In this document: positions 30,514-40,400 of the stretch, in pieces
Layout: every line of letters starts with the position of its first letter
Numbering within the stretch: position 1 is the stretch's first letter
Program-made: the position numbers and the translations under genes
Notes under the pieces: generated by a model
What the model saw: the letters and a program-made list of their open reading frames with translations, nothing else
Told to the model about the DNA's origin: nothing
The model's database searches: none
NCBI GenBank assembly: GCA_020054695.1
Contig: JAHXBT010000016.1
Span: forward strand, 101,680 to 165,679
Length of the DNA: 64,000 nt
From: Rickettsiales bacterium
Lineage (GTDB): Bacteria > Pseudomonadota > Alphaproteobacteria > Rickettsiales > UBA1997
Direction: 5' to 3'

Positions 30514-33500
30514 GTGACTAAAAAAACCATTAAAAACAGCAAAAATTATTCTATCAATAAATTTCCAATAGCAATTATTGGAATGGGCGTAAGGTATCCT
30601 GGTAATATTTGTGGATCTGATGGATTATGGAAGGCTCTAATTGAAGGAAGAGATTCTATCACTAGTATCCCTGCTGATCGATGGAATATAGCAAAATATT
30701 ATGATCCAGATCCCAATAAATCAGATAAAATTAAAACTAAAAAAGGCGGATTTATCTCTGGCATGAAGAAGTTTGATGCTTCATTCTTTGATATTTACCC
30801 CAATATTGCTGAAAAATTAGATCCAAGACAAAGACATTTATTAGAAGTTGTGTATGAGTCTTTGGAGGATGCTAATATTACCATGGAGCAAATCAATAAT
30901 AGTAAAACATCTGTAATTACTGGTGTATTTTTAGGTGATGAAGGTAAAAAATATGCAGGTAGTGATATTTCTAATATTAATGCTCATAGTTTAATGGGTA
31001 GTTCTGATGTTACTGTTCCCGCTAGGATTGCTTATCAATTTAATCTTAAAGGACCTACTCTCTCAGTTGATACTGCTTGCTCATCATCTTTGGTAGCTGT
31101 GCAAATTGCTTGTAGTAATATTTGGCTTGGCGATGCTGATATGGCAATTGCTGGAGGTGTTAATATTATGTCCAGTCATGAGCATTTTATCGGTTTGTCC
31201 AAGGGTGGTTTTTTAAGCCCCGATGGCTATTGTAAAAGTTTTGATGCTGATGGCAAGGGCTATGTTCGTGGTGAGGGTGCTGGTGTTGTAATTTTGAAGC
31301 CTTTGGATCAGGCCGAAAAGGATGGTAATAATATTTACGCAGTCATTAAAAATGCTGTAGTTAATTTTGATGGTTATACTAAAGATGGCATGACTGTTCC
31401 AAATGAATTTGCTCAACAAAAAATGTTGGAGGATGCTTATAGTGGAGCAAATATTGATCCAAGTGAAGTTGATTATGTAGAGGCTCACGGTACTGGTACT
31501 ATAGTTGGAGATCCTAAAGAATGTACAGCCTTTGGTCATGTTTTTGCTAAGGATAGAGATGTTAAAAAACCTTTAATTATTGGTTCAATTAAAAGTAATA
31601 TTGGTCATACTGAAGCTGTTGCAGGTATTGCTGGTTTAACCAAATTAGCACTTTGCATTAAAAATAAGCAAATTCCTCAAAATTTACATTTTAACAATCC
31701 TAATCCCAAGATTAAATTTGATGAGTGGAAGTTAAAAGTACCAACCAAATTAATGAATTGGCCAGGTAAAAAAGACAAAAAGGCAATTGCTGGTGTTAAT
31801 TCTTTTGGTGCTGGCGGTACTAATGCTCATATTGTTTTAGAAGAATATATTTCTGATTTTCAACAGGAATTATCAAAACAAGATAAGAATGAATATAATT
31901 TTCCTTATGTTTTTTCATTATCAGCAGCTTCTCTGGAATCCTTAAAAAAACTGGCCGAAAGATATATAGATTTTATTAATAATTCTCAAGATGATCTATT
32001 AGATATTTGTTATTCTATTCTTAAAAACAGATCTAATTTGAAAGAAAAATTAGTAATAATTTGTAATTCAAAAGAAGATTTAATCAAAAAATTATCTTTA
32101 TATATATCTGATAGTAAAAATCCCCAAATTATTACTGGCAAGACTAAAAAAGATGAAAAATTAAAAATTGCCTTTATTTGCTCAGGTCAAGGTCCTCAAT
32201 GGTATGGAATGGGCAGGCAATTAATGGCAAAATCACAAATATTTGCTGACATTTCTAACAAAATTGACAGAATATTCTTTAAAATTGCTGGCTATTCAAT
32301 TTTAGAAGAAATGAGTAAAGATTCTGCTGATTCTAAAATATCTGAAACTAGAATTGCACAACCAGCAATAATGATCATACAAATTGGTTTAATTGAAATT
32401 TGGAAATCTTTTGGGATTGATCCTGATGGCATAGTTGGTCATTCAATAGGTGAAGTTGCTGCGGCTTATGGCGCTGGCTCTCTTAATTTAGAACAGGCGG
32501 TTAATGTTATTTATAATAGGTCAAAGGAGCAAGATAAGGCCTCTGGTAAAGGTAAAATGTTAGCAACCTCATTACCACTTTCAAAATCAATACAAATTAC
32601 CCAAAAATATAACAATCAAGTTTCAATTGCCGCTCTTAACGGTCCAGAATCAACAGTTTTATCAGGTGATATTGTGCCTTTGGAGGAAATTGCTCAGGAG
32701 TTGGAGGAAAAAGAAATATTTAACCGCTTCTTAAAAATTAATGTTCCTTTTCATAGTCATTATATGGAAATGACTAAGGAAGAAATGCTAAAATCTTTAA
32801 AAGATTTAGAACCTAAAAGAGCTAACATTTCTTTATATTCAACAGTAACTGGTTTGAAAGAAAGTGGCTTAAATTTAAATGCCAATTATTGGTATAAAAA
32901 TGTTAGAGATACAGTTTATTTTGTTAATGCCATCGAGAAAATGATCAATGATGGTTTTAATTATTTTATCGAGATTGCGCCACATCCTATTTTGGGTGCT
33001 GGAGTTAATGATATGTTATCTGTTCAGAAAAAAGATGGCTATGTTATATCCTCTCTTTCTAGAAATATCAAAAACTTTGAGGCAGGAATTGAATATGAGG
33101 TTAATGATATTTTATCTGCTACTGCTAAGACCCAAATAGCAACTCAAAAAGTCAATTTACTTAATATTTATAAACAATATAATCCCAAATCAATTAAACT
33201 ACCAAATTACATTTGGAATCATAAGGAATATTGGTCTGAAAGCAAAGAACATGAGATATCTAGGTTAAAAAAGCAAAAACATCCTTTTATTAAAAATATA
33301 ATTAAAAGCTTAAGTGATAAAAATTCTGCTATTATAGAATTAGATCTTAACCCTAATAAACATCTATTTTTAAATGATCATAAAATTGATGGGGTAATAG
33401 TTATACCAGGTACCGCACATTTTGAAATTGCAACCGCAATTGGCAAAGAAATTTATGGCGATAAGTTTTCACATTTAGAAGATATTCATTTTAAAAAGGC

Positions 33501-36500
33501 TTTATTTTTACCAGATGATGGTTATATAGAGGCAAGATTAGAGTTAAAATCATCAGGAAAATATACTATTCATAGCAAATTAAATAATAAGTGGACTAAT
33601 AATAGTAGCGGTAAAATATGTCATAGTAATAAAAAACAAGTTAAGAAATTTGAAAAATTAGAAGATCTAAAAAAAAGAATTAATAAAGAATTATCAAAAA
33701 AAGAATTTTATAATAAGTTGCAAGAAAGAGGTTTATTTTATGGAGCTAATTTTAGAATAGCACAAAAGATATATTGTAATGAAAATGAAATTTTATCCGA
33801 AATAGGAATAGATAAAAATCAAGAAATTGACGAATATAATGTTATTCCAAATATATCAGATTGCTGTTTACATACAATTTTATCTAATAATATTAATAAT
33901 ATATATTTACCCGATAGGTTTAATAAAATTACAATCTTTAATAAACCAACAAAAATTGTATTTAGCTATATTAGAATTATCAAACATAGTACAAAATTTT
34001 TATTGGGTGATATATTTGTGTATGACTACAAAGGTAACCCGGTATTTTGCATTGAAGGTATGCAGCTAAAACTACTAGAAAATTTTAGCAAAAAAAAACA
34101 GAATCATAATTATGAGTTCCAGTGGTTTAAATCAGATATTTCAATTAATAATAAGGCTGTAGATAAAAATTTTTATATTATAATTTTTATAAATAACAAT
34201 CTAATAAATTTATTAGGTGATAAATTATTAGATATTGGGAATAACATAATATTTATTAATAAGGGTATCAAATTCAAAAAAGAATCTGAATATAATTATA
34301 TTATCAATCCAAATTCTCAAGAGGATTTTAGTAGACTATTCCATCATCTGGCAAAAGAAAATGTCAATATTGCAAAAATAATTAATTTTTGGCCAATTGA
34401 TGGTATAATTAGCAATAATGACAATTGTTACAAATTAAGTCAAGAATCACAAAATTTACTTCTTCCAAATCTTTATTTATTACAAGAAATAGCAAAATTT
34501 GAAAATAATAAAATATATCTCTATCAAATTACTCAAAATGCTGACATAGTTGACGATAAAAAAGATAAAAATATAAATTTTTTACAAGGATCGCTATATG
34601 GTATGGGTCGAGTCTTTATGAATGAATATCCTAATCATCACATAAGGATGATTGATATTGGTTGTCCTAAAATAGAAGATAACATTAATCTCATAATAGC
34701 TGAAATTAATAAGGAAGAACAAATACCTTATGAGACAGAAATAGCAATTAGGGATTACGGTAGATTTGCTCGTAAATTAGTTGAATTTGATCAAAAAAAA
34801 CAGCCTAATAGGGATTTAGCATTTACACCGAATTCAACCTATTTAATTACTGGTGGGCCCAGCGGACTTGGTCTTACTTTGGCTCAGTGGCTTTTTGAAG
34901 AAAAAAACATCAAAAATTTTGCTCTAATGAGTAGATCAGGACCAAAATATGATCAAGATAAGAAAATTATTTCCCAGATGCAGCAAAAGGGAGCAAATAT
35001 TATTTGGCAAGAAGTAATAGCTGATGTAACTAAAGAAAATGAGGTACAAAAAGCCATAGATTATATTAAAGATAATATGCCGCCTTTAAAGGGCATTATC
35101 CATTCTGCTGGATTATTGGATGATTCTTCTATTCCTAATATGAATAAAGAAAAATTCTTTAAAATATTTAATCCCAAAGCCTTAGGGGGGTGGAATTTAC
35201 ATAGAGCAACCTTAGATATTAAATTAGATTTATTTTTATTAATATCCTCAGTTTCTTCAATTATTGGAATTGCTGGACAAACAAATTATTCTTCAGCTAA
35301 TAATTTTTTAAATTATTTATCTCTTTACAGGAATTGTAGCAATGAGAGTTCTAGAGCTATTTGTTTTGGCATGTTATCAGGTTCTTTTGCTGGAATGTCA
35401 AAACAGCAATCTGGCTTAGAAGATTTAACCGCCAAAACAGTAGGACTGATTGCGATGGATAAAAAATTGATGTTAAATAGCATGGAAGATACTTTATACA
35501 ATTCTAATTCATGTTATTATATGATATCTTCTATGAATTGGAGCATATTCTTTGAATCACATTCAGCATCTAGTAATATATTATTATTAGGTGACATATT
35601 GAAGAATAATTCTAAAATATTAAATAAAAAATTACTACCTATAGAAAAAATATTATCCAGTAAAAATGAGGATGCAATAGATCTAATTAAAAATTCAATT
35701 AAAAATATTCTAACAAAAATATTGGGAACATCCATGAATGAGATAGACTCTAATATATCCATATCTAATCTAAATTTAGATTCATTAATGCTTAATCAAC
35801 TTCGCAGCTCCATTCAATCTGAATTTGAATTGTCAATACCGCTAATGCAACTAGTCAAAGGACCAAACATAAATGAGCTGTCTAGAAAAATATTAAAAAC
35901 TATATTGCAACAAGAAAAGGTTGATTATTTTAACGATTCGGATATAGAAATATCAAAGAATAAGTGGTTAATAAAAAGAAAAAATTCACATAAAACAAAA
36001 TATAAAATAATTTGCCTCCATCCAGTTGGTGCTGGGGCATCTATTTTTAGTCATTTTATTTTTAATCCTCCCAAAAATACGCAAATTATTGCCTTACAAA
36101 TGCCAGGTAGAGAAAATAGAATGGATGAAGATTATTATTATAATAATATGGAAAAATTAGTAGAAGATCTATCTAATCAAATAATAGCGGAAATATCTGG
36201 TCCAACAATATTTTGGGGCCATAGTTGGGGCGGTGTAACGCTTTATGAGGTAATAAAATATTTACGCCGTAATAATATTAAAGAATATCAAAATATTAAA
36301 CAATTAATAGTAACAGGTTCAATTGCACCACAATTAACATTACCTTGGAAGGATAGAGATTCTATTAAACAAACAGCAAGAAAAGATAATACTATAGATA
36401 AAATATTATCAACAGTTTCATATATTGATGATGAAAATTATTTGCGCAGCATAATACCGATCATGAAAAAAGATATGGAAATGATAATGACTTATAAATA

Positions 36501-36705
36501 TAAGGAAGAAGAAAAATTAAATATACCCATTTTAGCTTTTGGCGCTAAAGAAGATGATGTAGTATTGTTAGATGAATTAAAAGAATGGGAAAAGCAAACA
36601 AATGATAATTTTCAATTATATGAGGTAAGTGGCGATCATTGGTTTTTAAGTAGAAATAAGGAGTTTATTACAGAAAAAATTGCAGAGAATATCATGGGGC
36701 TTTAA
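30514..36705 (+). CDS. Single-module type I polyketide synthase, KS-AT-DH-KR-ACP-TE
   Basis: 2063 aa with a GTG start; the first in-frame ATG already lies inside the KS motif IAIIGMGVRYPG. KS: DTACSSS (Cys189), EAHGTGT, NIGHTEAVAG. AT: GHSIGE (Ser644), VPFHSH. DH: HKIDGVIVIPG (His956) and DCCLH. KR: TGGPSGLG (~aa1445), LLDD, Y1592 in NYSSAN. ACP: LDSL (Ser1757). TE: ICLHPVGAGAS, GHSWGG (Ser1904), GDHWF. Confidence 0.95.
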   Translation: MTKKTIKNSKNYSINKFPIAIIGMGVRYPGNICGSDGLWKALIEGRDSITSIPADRWNIAKYYDPDPNKSDKIKTKKGGFISGMKKFDASFFDIYPNIAEKLDPRQRHLLEVVYESLEDANITMEQINNSKTSVITGVFLGDEGKKYAGSDISNINAHSLMGSSDVTVPARIAYQFNLKGPTLSVDTACSSSLVAVQIACSNIWLGDADMAIAGGVNIMSSHEHFIGLSKGGFLSPDGYCKSFDADGKGYVRGEGAGVVILKPLDQAEKDGNNIYAVIKNAVVNFDGYTKDGMTVPNEFAQQKMLEDAYSGANIDPSEVDYVEAHGTGTIVGDPKECTAFGHVFAKDRDVKKPLIIGSIKSNIGHTEAVAGIAGLTKLALCIKNKQIPQNLHFNNPNPKIKFDEWKLKVPTKLMNWPGKKDKKAIAGVNSFGAGGTNAHIVLEEYISDFQQELSKQDKNEYNFPYVFSLSAASLESLKKLAERYIDFINNSQDDLLDICYSILKNRSNLKEKLVIICNSKEDLIKKLSLYISDSKNPQIITGKTKKDEKLKIAFICSGQGPQWYGMGRQLMAKSQIFADISNKIDRIFFKIAGYSILEEMSKDSADSKISETRIAQPAIMIIQIGLIEIWKSFGIDPDGIVGHSIGEVAAAYGAGSLNLEQAVNVIYNRSKEQDKASGKGKMLATSLPLSKSIQITQKYNNQVSIAALNGPESTVLSGDIVPLEEIAQELEEKEIFNRFLKINVPFHSHYMEMTKEEMLKSLKDLEPKRANISLYSTVTGLKESGLNLNANYWYKNVRDTVYFVNAIEKMINDGFNYFIEIAPHPILGAGVNDMLSVQKKDGYVISSLSRNIKNFEAGIEYEVNDILSATAKTQIATQKVNLLNIYKQYNPKSIKLPNYIWNHKEYWSESKEHEISRLKKQKHPFIKNIIKSLSDKNSAIIELDLNPNKHLFLNDHKIDGVIVIPGTAHFEIATAIGKEIYGDKFSHLEDIHFKKALFLPDDGYIEARLELKSSGKYTIHSKLNNKWTNNSSGKICHSNKKQVKKFEKLEDLKKRINKELSKKEFYNKLQERGLFYGANFRIAQKIYCNENEILSEIGIDKNQEIDEYNVIPNISDCCLHTILSNNINNIYLPDRFNKITIFNKPTKIVFSYIRIIKHSTKFLLGDIFVYDYKGNPVFCIEGMQLKLLENFSKKKQNHNYEFQWFKSDISINNKAVDKNFYIIIFINNNLINLLGDKLLDIGNNIIFINKGIKFKKESEYNYIINPNSQEDFSRLFHHLAKENVNIAKIINFWPIDGIISNNDNCYKLSQESQNLLLPNLYLLQEIAKFENNKIYLYQITQNADIVDDKKDKNINFLQGSLYGMGRVFMNEYPNHHIRMIDIGCPKIEDNINLIIAEINKEEQIPYETEIAIRDYGRFARKLVEFDQKKQPNRDLAFTPNSTYLITGGPSGLGLTLAQWLFEEKNIKNFALMSRSGPKYDQDKKIISQMQQKGANIIWQEVIADVTKENEVQKAIDYIKDNMPPLKGIIHSAGLLDDSSIPNMNKEKFFKIFNPKALGGWNLHRATLDIKLDLFLLISSVSSIIGIAGQTNYSSANNFLNYLSLYRNCSNESSRAICFGMLSGSFAGMSKQQSGLEDLTAKTVGLIAMDKKLMLNSMEDTLYNSNSCYYMISSMNWSIFFESHSASSNILLLGDILKNNSKILNKKLLPIEKILSSKNEDAIDLIKNSIKNILTKILGTSMNEIDSNISISNLNLDSLMLNQLRSSIQSEFELSIPLMQLVKGPNINELSRKILKTILQQEKVDYFNDSDIEISKNKWLIKRKNSHKTKYKIICLHPVGAGASIFSHFIFNPPKNTQIIALQMPGRENRMDEDYYYNNMEKLVEDLSNQIIAEISGPTIFWGHSWGGVTLYEVIKYLRRNNIKEYQNIKQLIVTGSIAPQLTLPWKDRDSIKQTARKDNTIDKILSTVSYIDDENYLRSIIPIMKKDMEMIMTYKYKEEEKLNIPILAFGAKEDDVVLLDELKEWEKQTNDNFQLYEVSGDHWFLSRNKEFITEKIAENIMGL

Positions 36706-37441
36706 TCAATCTTTAACAAAATTATTAATAAATAATAAGTTTGTTAATTTAGATTTGATTCTAAATAATAAAAATAATAATTTTGCTGCCAATATTGCCT
36801 TTTGTAGCTCCGATTTATTTGGAGTTACAAAAAGTCAATTATTAAAATATTTATCAAAAGATGAGATTAAAGATTACAATAATTTAGAAAATGACTTTTT
36901 AAAGAAAAAATATTTAGATAGTAATGTCTGTGCCAAATATGCTATTTCTCAAATTGCCAAAATTGACGATTTGTCAAAAATTAAAATTCATAGAGGTATA
37001 TTTGGTCAGCCATATATCATTGCAGCAAAAACGCAAAAATTTGTAATTTCTATTGCTAATAAAGTAATTAATGGCAATAATATCACCTGCGCTATTGCCT
37101 TTGAACAACAATTTCCCATGGCCATTGATTTGGAGAATATGGATAATAAAAATAGCAGCCATATTGTAAGTCAAATGACAAATTTTGAAATAGAAAATTT
37201 TGGTGTATCGCATCAGGATTTAATTAGAATATGGAGTGCAAAAGAAGCTCTTAGTAAAGTAACATTATGTGGTTTAAATGCTAATTTTAAAATATTTGAG
37301 ATATCACAAATAATTCAATGCAACAATTATATTGAATATTATTTTAAGAACTTCTCTCAATATAAAGCTCATTCCAAAGTAATAGATAGTATACTTATTA
37401 CCATAATTTATCATAAAAATTATAATATTCGAAATAATTAA
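36680..37441 (+). CDS. Sfp-type 4'-phosphopantetheinyl transferase
   Basis: 253 aa. Motifs AIDLE and WSAKEALSK. There is no in-frame ATG before residue ~146, so the TTG at 36680 (26-nt overlap with the PKS 3' end) or another non-ATG codon must be the start. Confidence 0.85.
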   Translation: MQRISWGFNQSLTKLLINNKFVNLDLILNNKNNNFAANIAFCSSDLFGVTKSQLLKYLSKDEIKDYNNLENDFLKKKYLDSNVCAKYAISQIAKIDDLSKIKIHRGIFGQPYIIAAKTQKFVISIANKVINGNNITCAIAFEQQFPMAIDLENMDNKNSSHIVSQMTNFEIENFGVSHQDLIRIWSAKEALSKVTLCGLNANFKIFEISQIIQCNNYIEYYFKNFSQYKAHSKVIDSILITIIYHKNYNIRNN

Positions 37442-37443
37442 AT

Positions 37444-40400
37444 ATGGTTACTTTTACTCTAATATCATTTTTTATTACTTTTTGTACATGCTTCCTATTA
37501 TCAATATTACTCGTAACCTGTGGGAAGAAATATATACAATTTACAATATTTAATATTAATTTATGTATTTGGACTTTATTTAATATTTTATATATTTCTG
37601 CAGAATCATTTGAGTCGTCACTTATATATGCAAAATTTGCCAGCGCTTCCATTGTACTCATACCATATTTATTCTTTAAAACAACGCTATCACTTTCAAA
37701 CACAAGAATAAAGCCAATATATAATATAATAAATAATATTATTGCTATATCACTTTCGCTTTCAATGTTTACGGATCTGATGATAAGGGGGGTTAGACCT
37801 TTTATGGATTTTAAATTTGCACCAGAAGCAACTATGTTTTTTTACATATATTGCATATATCTTGTAATGGTAGTGGTAATTGGACATATATTTTTGTACA
37901 AATCTATTAAGTATAATTATAAAAATAAGTTTATATTTTATGCTTATATAATAGGATGGAGTGGAGGTGTGACAACCTTACCAGTTTATCTTGGAATTTC
38001 AATATATCCCTTCTCTGTAATATTGGTAGCAGTTTATACACTATTTGTATCATATGCCCTTATGCAACATAGAATACTTGGCCTTTACTTAACTATAATT
38101 AATTTATTGATAAAAGCATTATGCTTTGCAACGATATTCTTTTCTTATTTAATTTCTAAAAAAATATATGATTTAATATTTATAAATGATCATTATGCAT
38201 ATATTATATTTAACATGCTGTACATTATGTTTTCTATACAATTGTATCAAAGTTTAGTTCAGAAGTTAAAAGTAGTAACGGAAAAAATGGCATTAGGTAT
38301 ACCATATAATAAATTAGAGATAAGAAATAATATTGGTAAACATATATTAGATATTGTAGAAATTGATCAATTATCAAAACAAATAAAAAATATTATTGAA
38401 AAACAAATAGGTGTTAAAACTATCTCTTTTTATGTTGCATCAGAATTAGGAATTAAAGAACATAATGATCCTAATATAAAATTTGTAAAATATTATGGTC
38501 AAGATATAGAAAGGAAGTATATAATAGAAATGCAGCGATCTATTCAGGATGAAAAATTCTCCCTATCAACAAAATTTAATGAAGTTGATTATAAATTCCG
38601 CAAAATAATGGGTGGCGCAGATTTTCAAGGATTAGTACCCTTTTTATATAATAATAAAGTTGTGGGCTTTTTGACTCTACAATCTCGCCCTAAAAAAAGA
38701 AATTATTTTTATTATGAAGATATGGAATTATTTGATGAAGTTTCTAATAAAACTGGCTTTGCCTTAGAAAGGGTTAGATTACATTTACAATTTATGGAGG
38801 AAAAGGAATTAGCATTAATATCTCTTGCTGGTTCTATTGCTCATGAATTGCGTAACCCACTTGGCGCAATTAAACTGACAACTGATAATTTAACCTCTAT
38901 AAAAGAAAATTCACGATGTGATGAGAATGTAAAAGAAGTAATTAATAAAGATAGTGAGTTTAAGGAAACAATAAATAATTCAGATATAAAAATTAATAAT
39001 TTTAAGAATCAAATTAATAAAACTATTGATTTAGCTACTGATATTATTGATATGACTTTGCATGAGATTAGTGGAAAAAGATTAACCAGGGAGGATTTTG
39101 ATTACTATTCTGCTAAAAAATCCGTCTTAGATGCTATAATGCTTTATGGTTATGATAGTAATGAAGAAAAAGATAAGGTTACTATTAATTTATCTGATGA
39201 TAAAAATATTACAGCAAGTAAGGCTGGCGATCAAACTATATCAGTAAATAATATTAAGGAAGATAATGATTTTATTATTTTAACCAATAACACTGGTTTT
39301 AAATATATAATTTTTAATTTAGTAAAAAATGCTTTATATTATTTAAGCAAATATCCAGATTCTGATATTGCCATTTCTTTTGAGAAGGAAAAAATAATTG
39401 ATCAAAAAACAATCAAAAAATTTAATATATCTAATCACAATATTAAAATAGAAGATTCAAAACCAAGCACTAATTTTAAAGGTATTTATAAATATAATGT
39501 TATTAATATTATTGACACCGGACCCGGAATTAAAGAAGAGATAATTACAAAAATTTTCCAACCATATACGTCTTATAAAAAAAATGGTACAGGAGTTGGT
39601 TTAGATTTTTGTAATAGAATGATGGGTAATTTTGGCGGCGCTATAATTTGTGAAAGTAAATTAGGAAAATATACTAAATTTAGTTTATTATTTCCAATAT
39701 TGTCAGAACAAGAAGAGAAAGTTGCAATTGGTCAAATTTTAGAGCTTGAAGATAAAATTGCACAAGCAGAGAAAAAAGGAGAGAATCTATCATATGTAGA
39801 AAAATCTTTGGAGAAAAAACCTAAAAAGAATATTTTACTTATTGATGATGTTAAGGTTAATATTGATATATTGGCCAGGGATTTAAAAAATAAATGCCCT
39901 AATTTTGAAGTTGTTATTATGACTTGTCCGGTTGAAGCATTTAAATTAATTAAAGTTAAGCAAGAGGAAGATGAGCAGTTTGATTTAATTCTTACAGATA
40001 TTGAAATGCCTTTAATGAATGGCATAGATTTAATTAATAAAGTTAGAAATGAATTAAAAATCTCAAAATATGATTTGCCTATCTTGGTTTATGGTTCTCG
40101 TGAAGATAAGATAACTATTAATGAAGCTCTAGATGCCGGTTGTAATTCTTATTATATGAAGCCAAAAGATTTAAGATTTATTGCTAGAAATATTTCTAAA
40201 TGGGTTTTAAATGATTATATGCCATCTAAGACTATTAATAATAAGGAAATTATTATTAATAATCAGACTTTAAAAGACCTTAATATTATCATAGCTGATG
40301 ATCAATTAATGAATTTAATGTTGGTATCTAATAAAATTTCTAATGCCGGTGCTAATATTTTTAAATGTAATGATGGTGGGGATATAATAAAATTAATGAC

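Noticed and set aside
34081-34834. Possible ER or methyltransferase domain between DH and KR of the PKS
   Set aside because: The ~250 aa there show no GxGxxG/NADPH or SAM-binding motif, and the length fits the structural (pseudo-KR) half of a KR didomain.
37398-37703. 101-aa minus-strand ORF across the PPTase/kinase junction
   Set aside because: It is antisense to two well-supported genes and has no family signature, so it is a shadow ORF.
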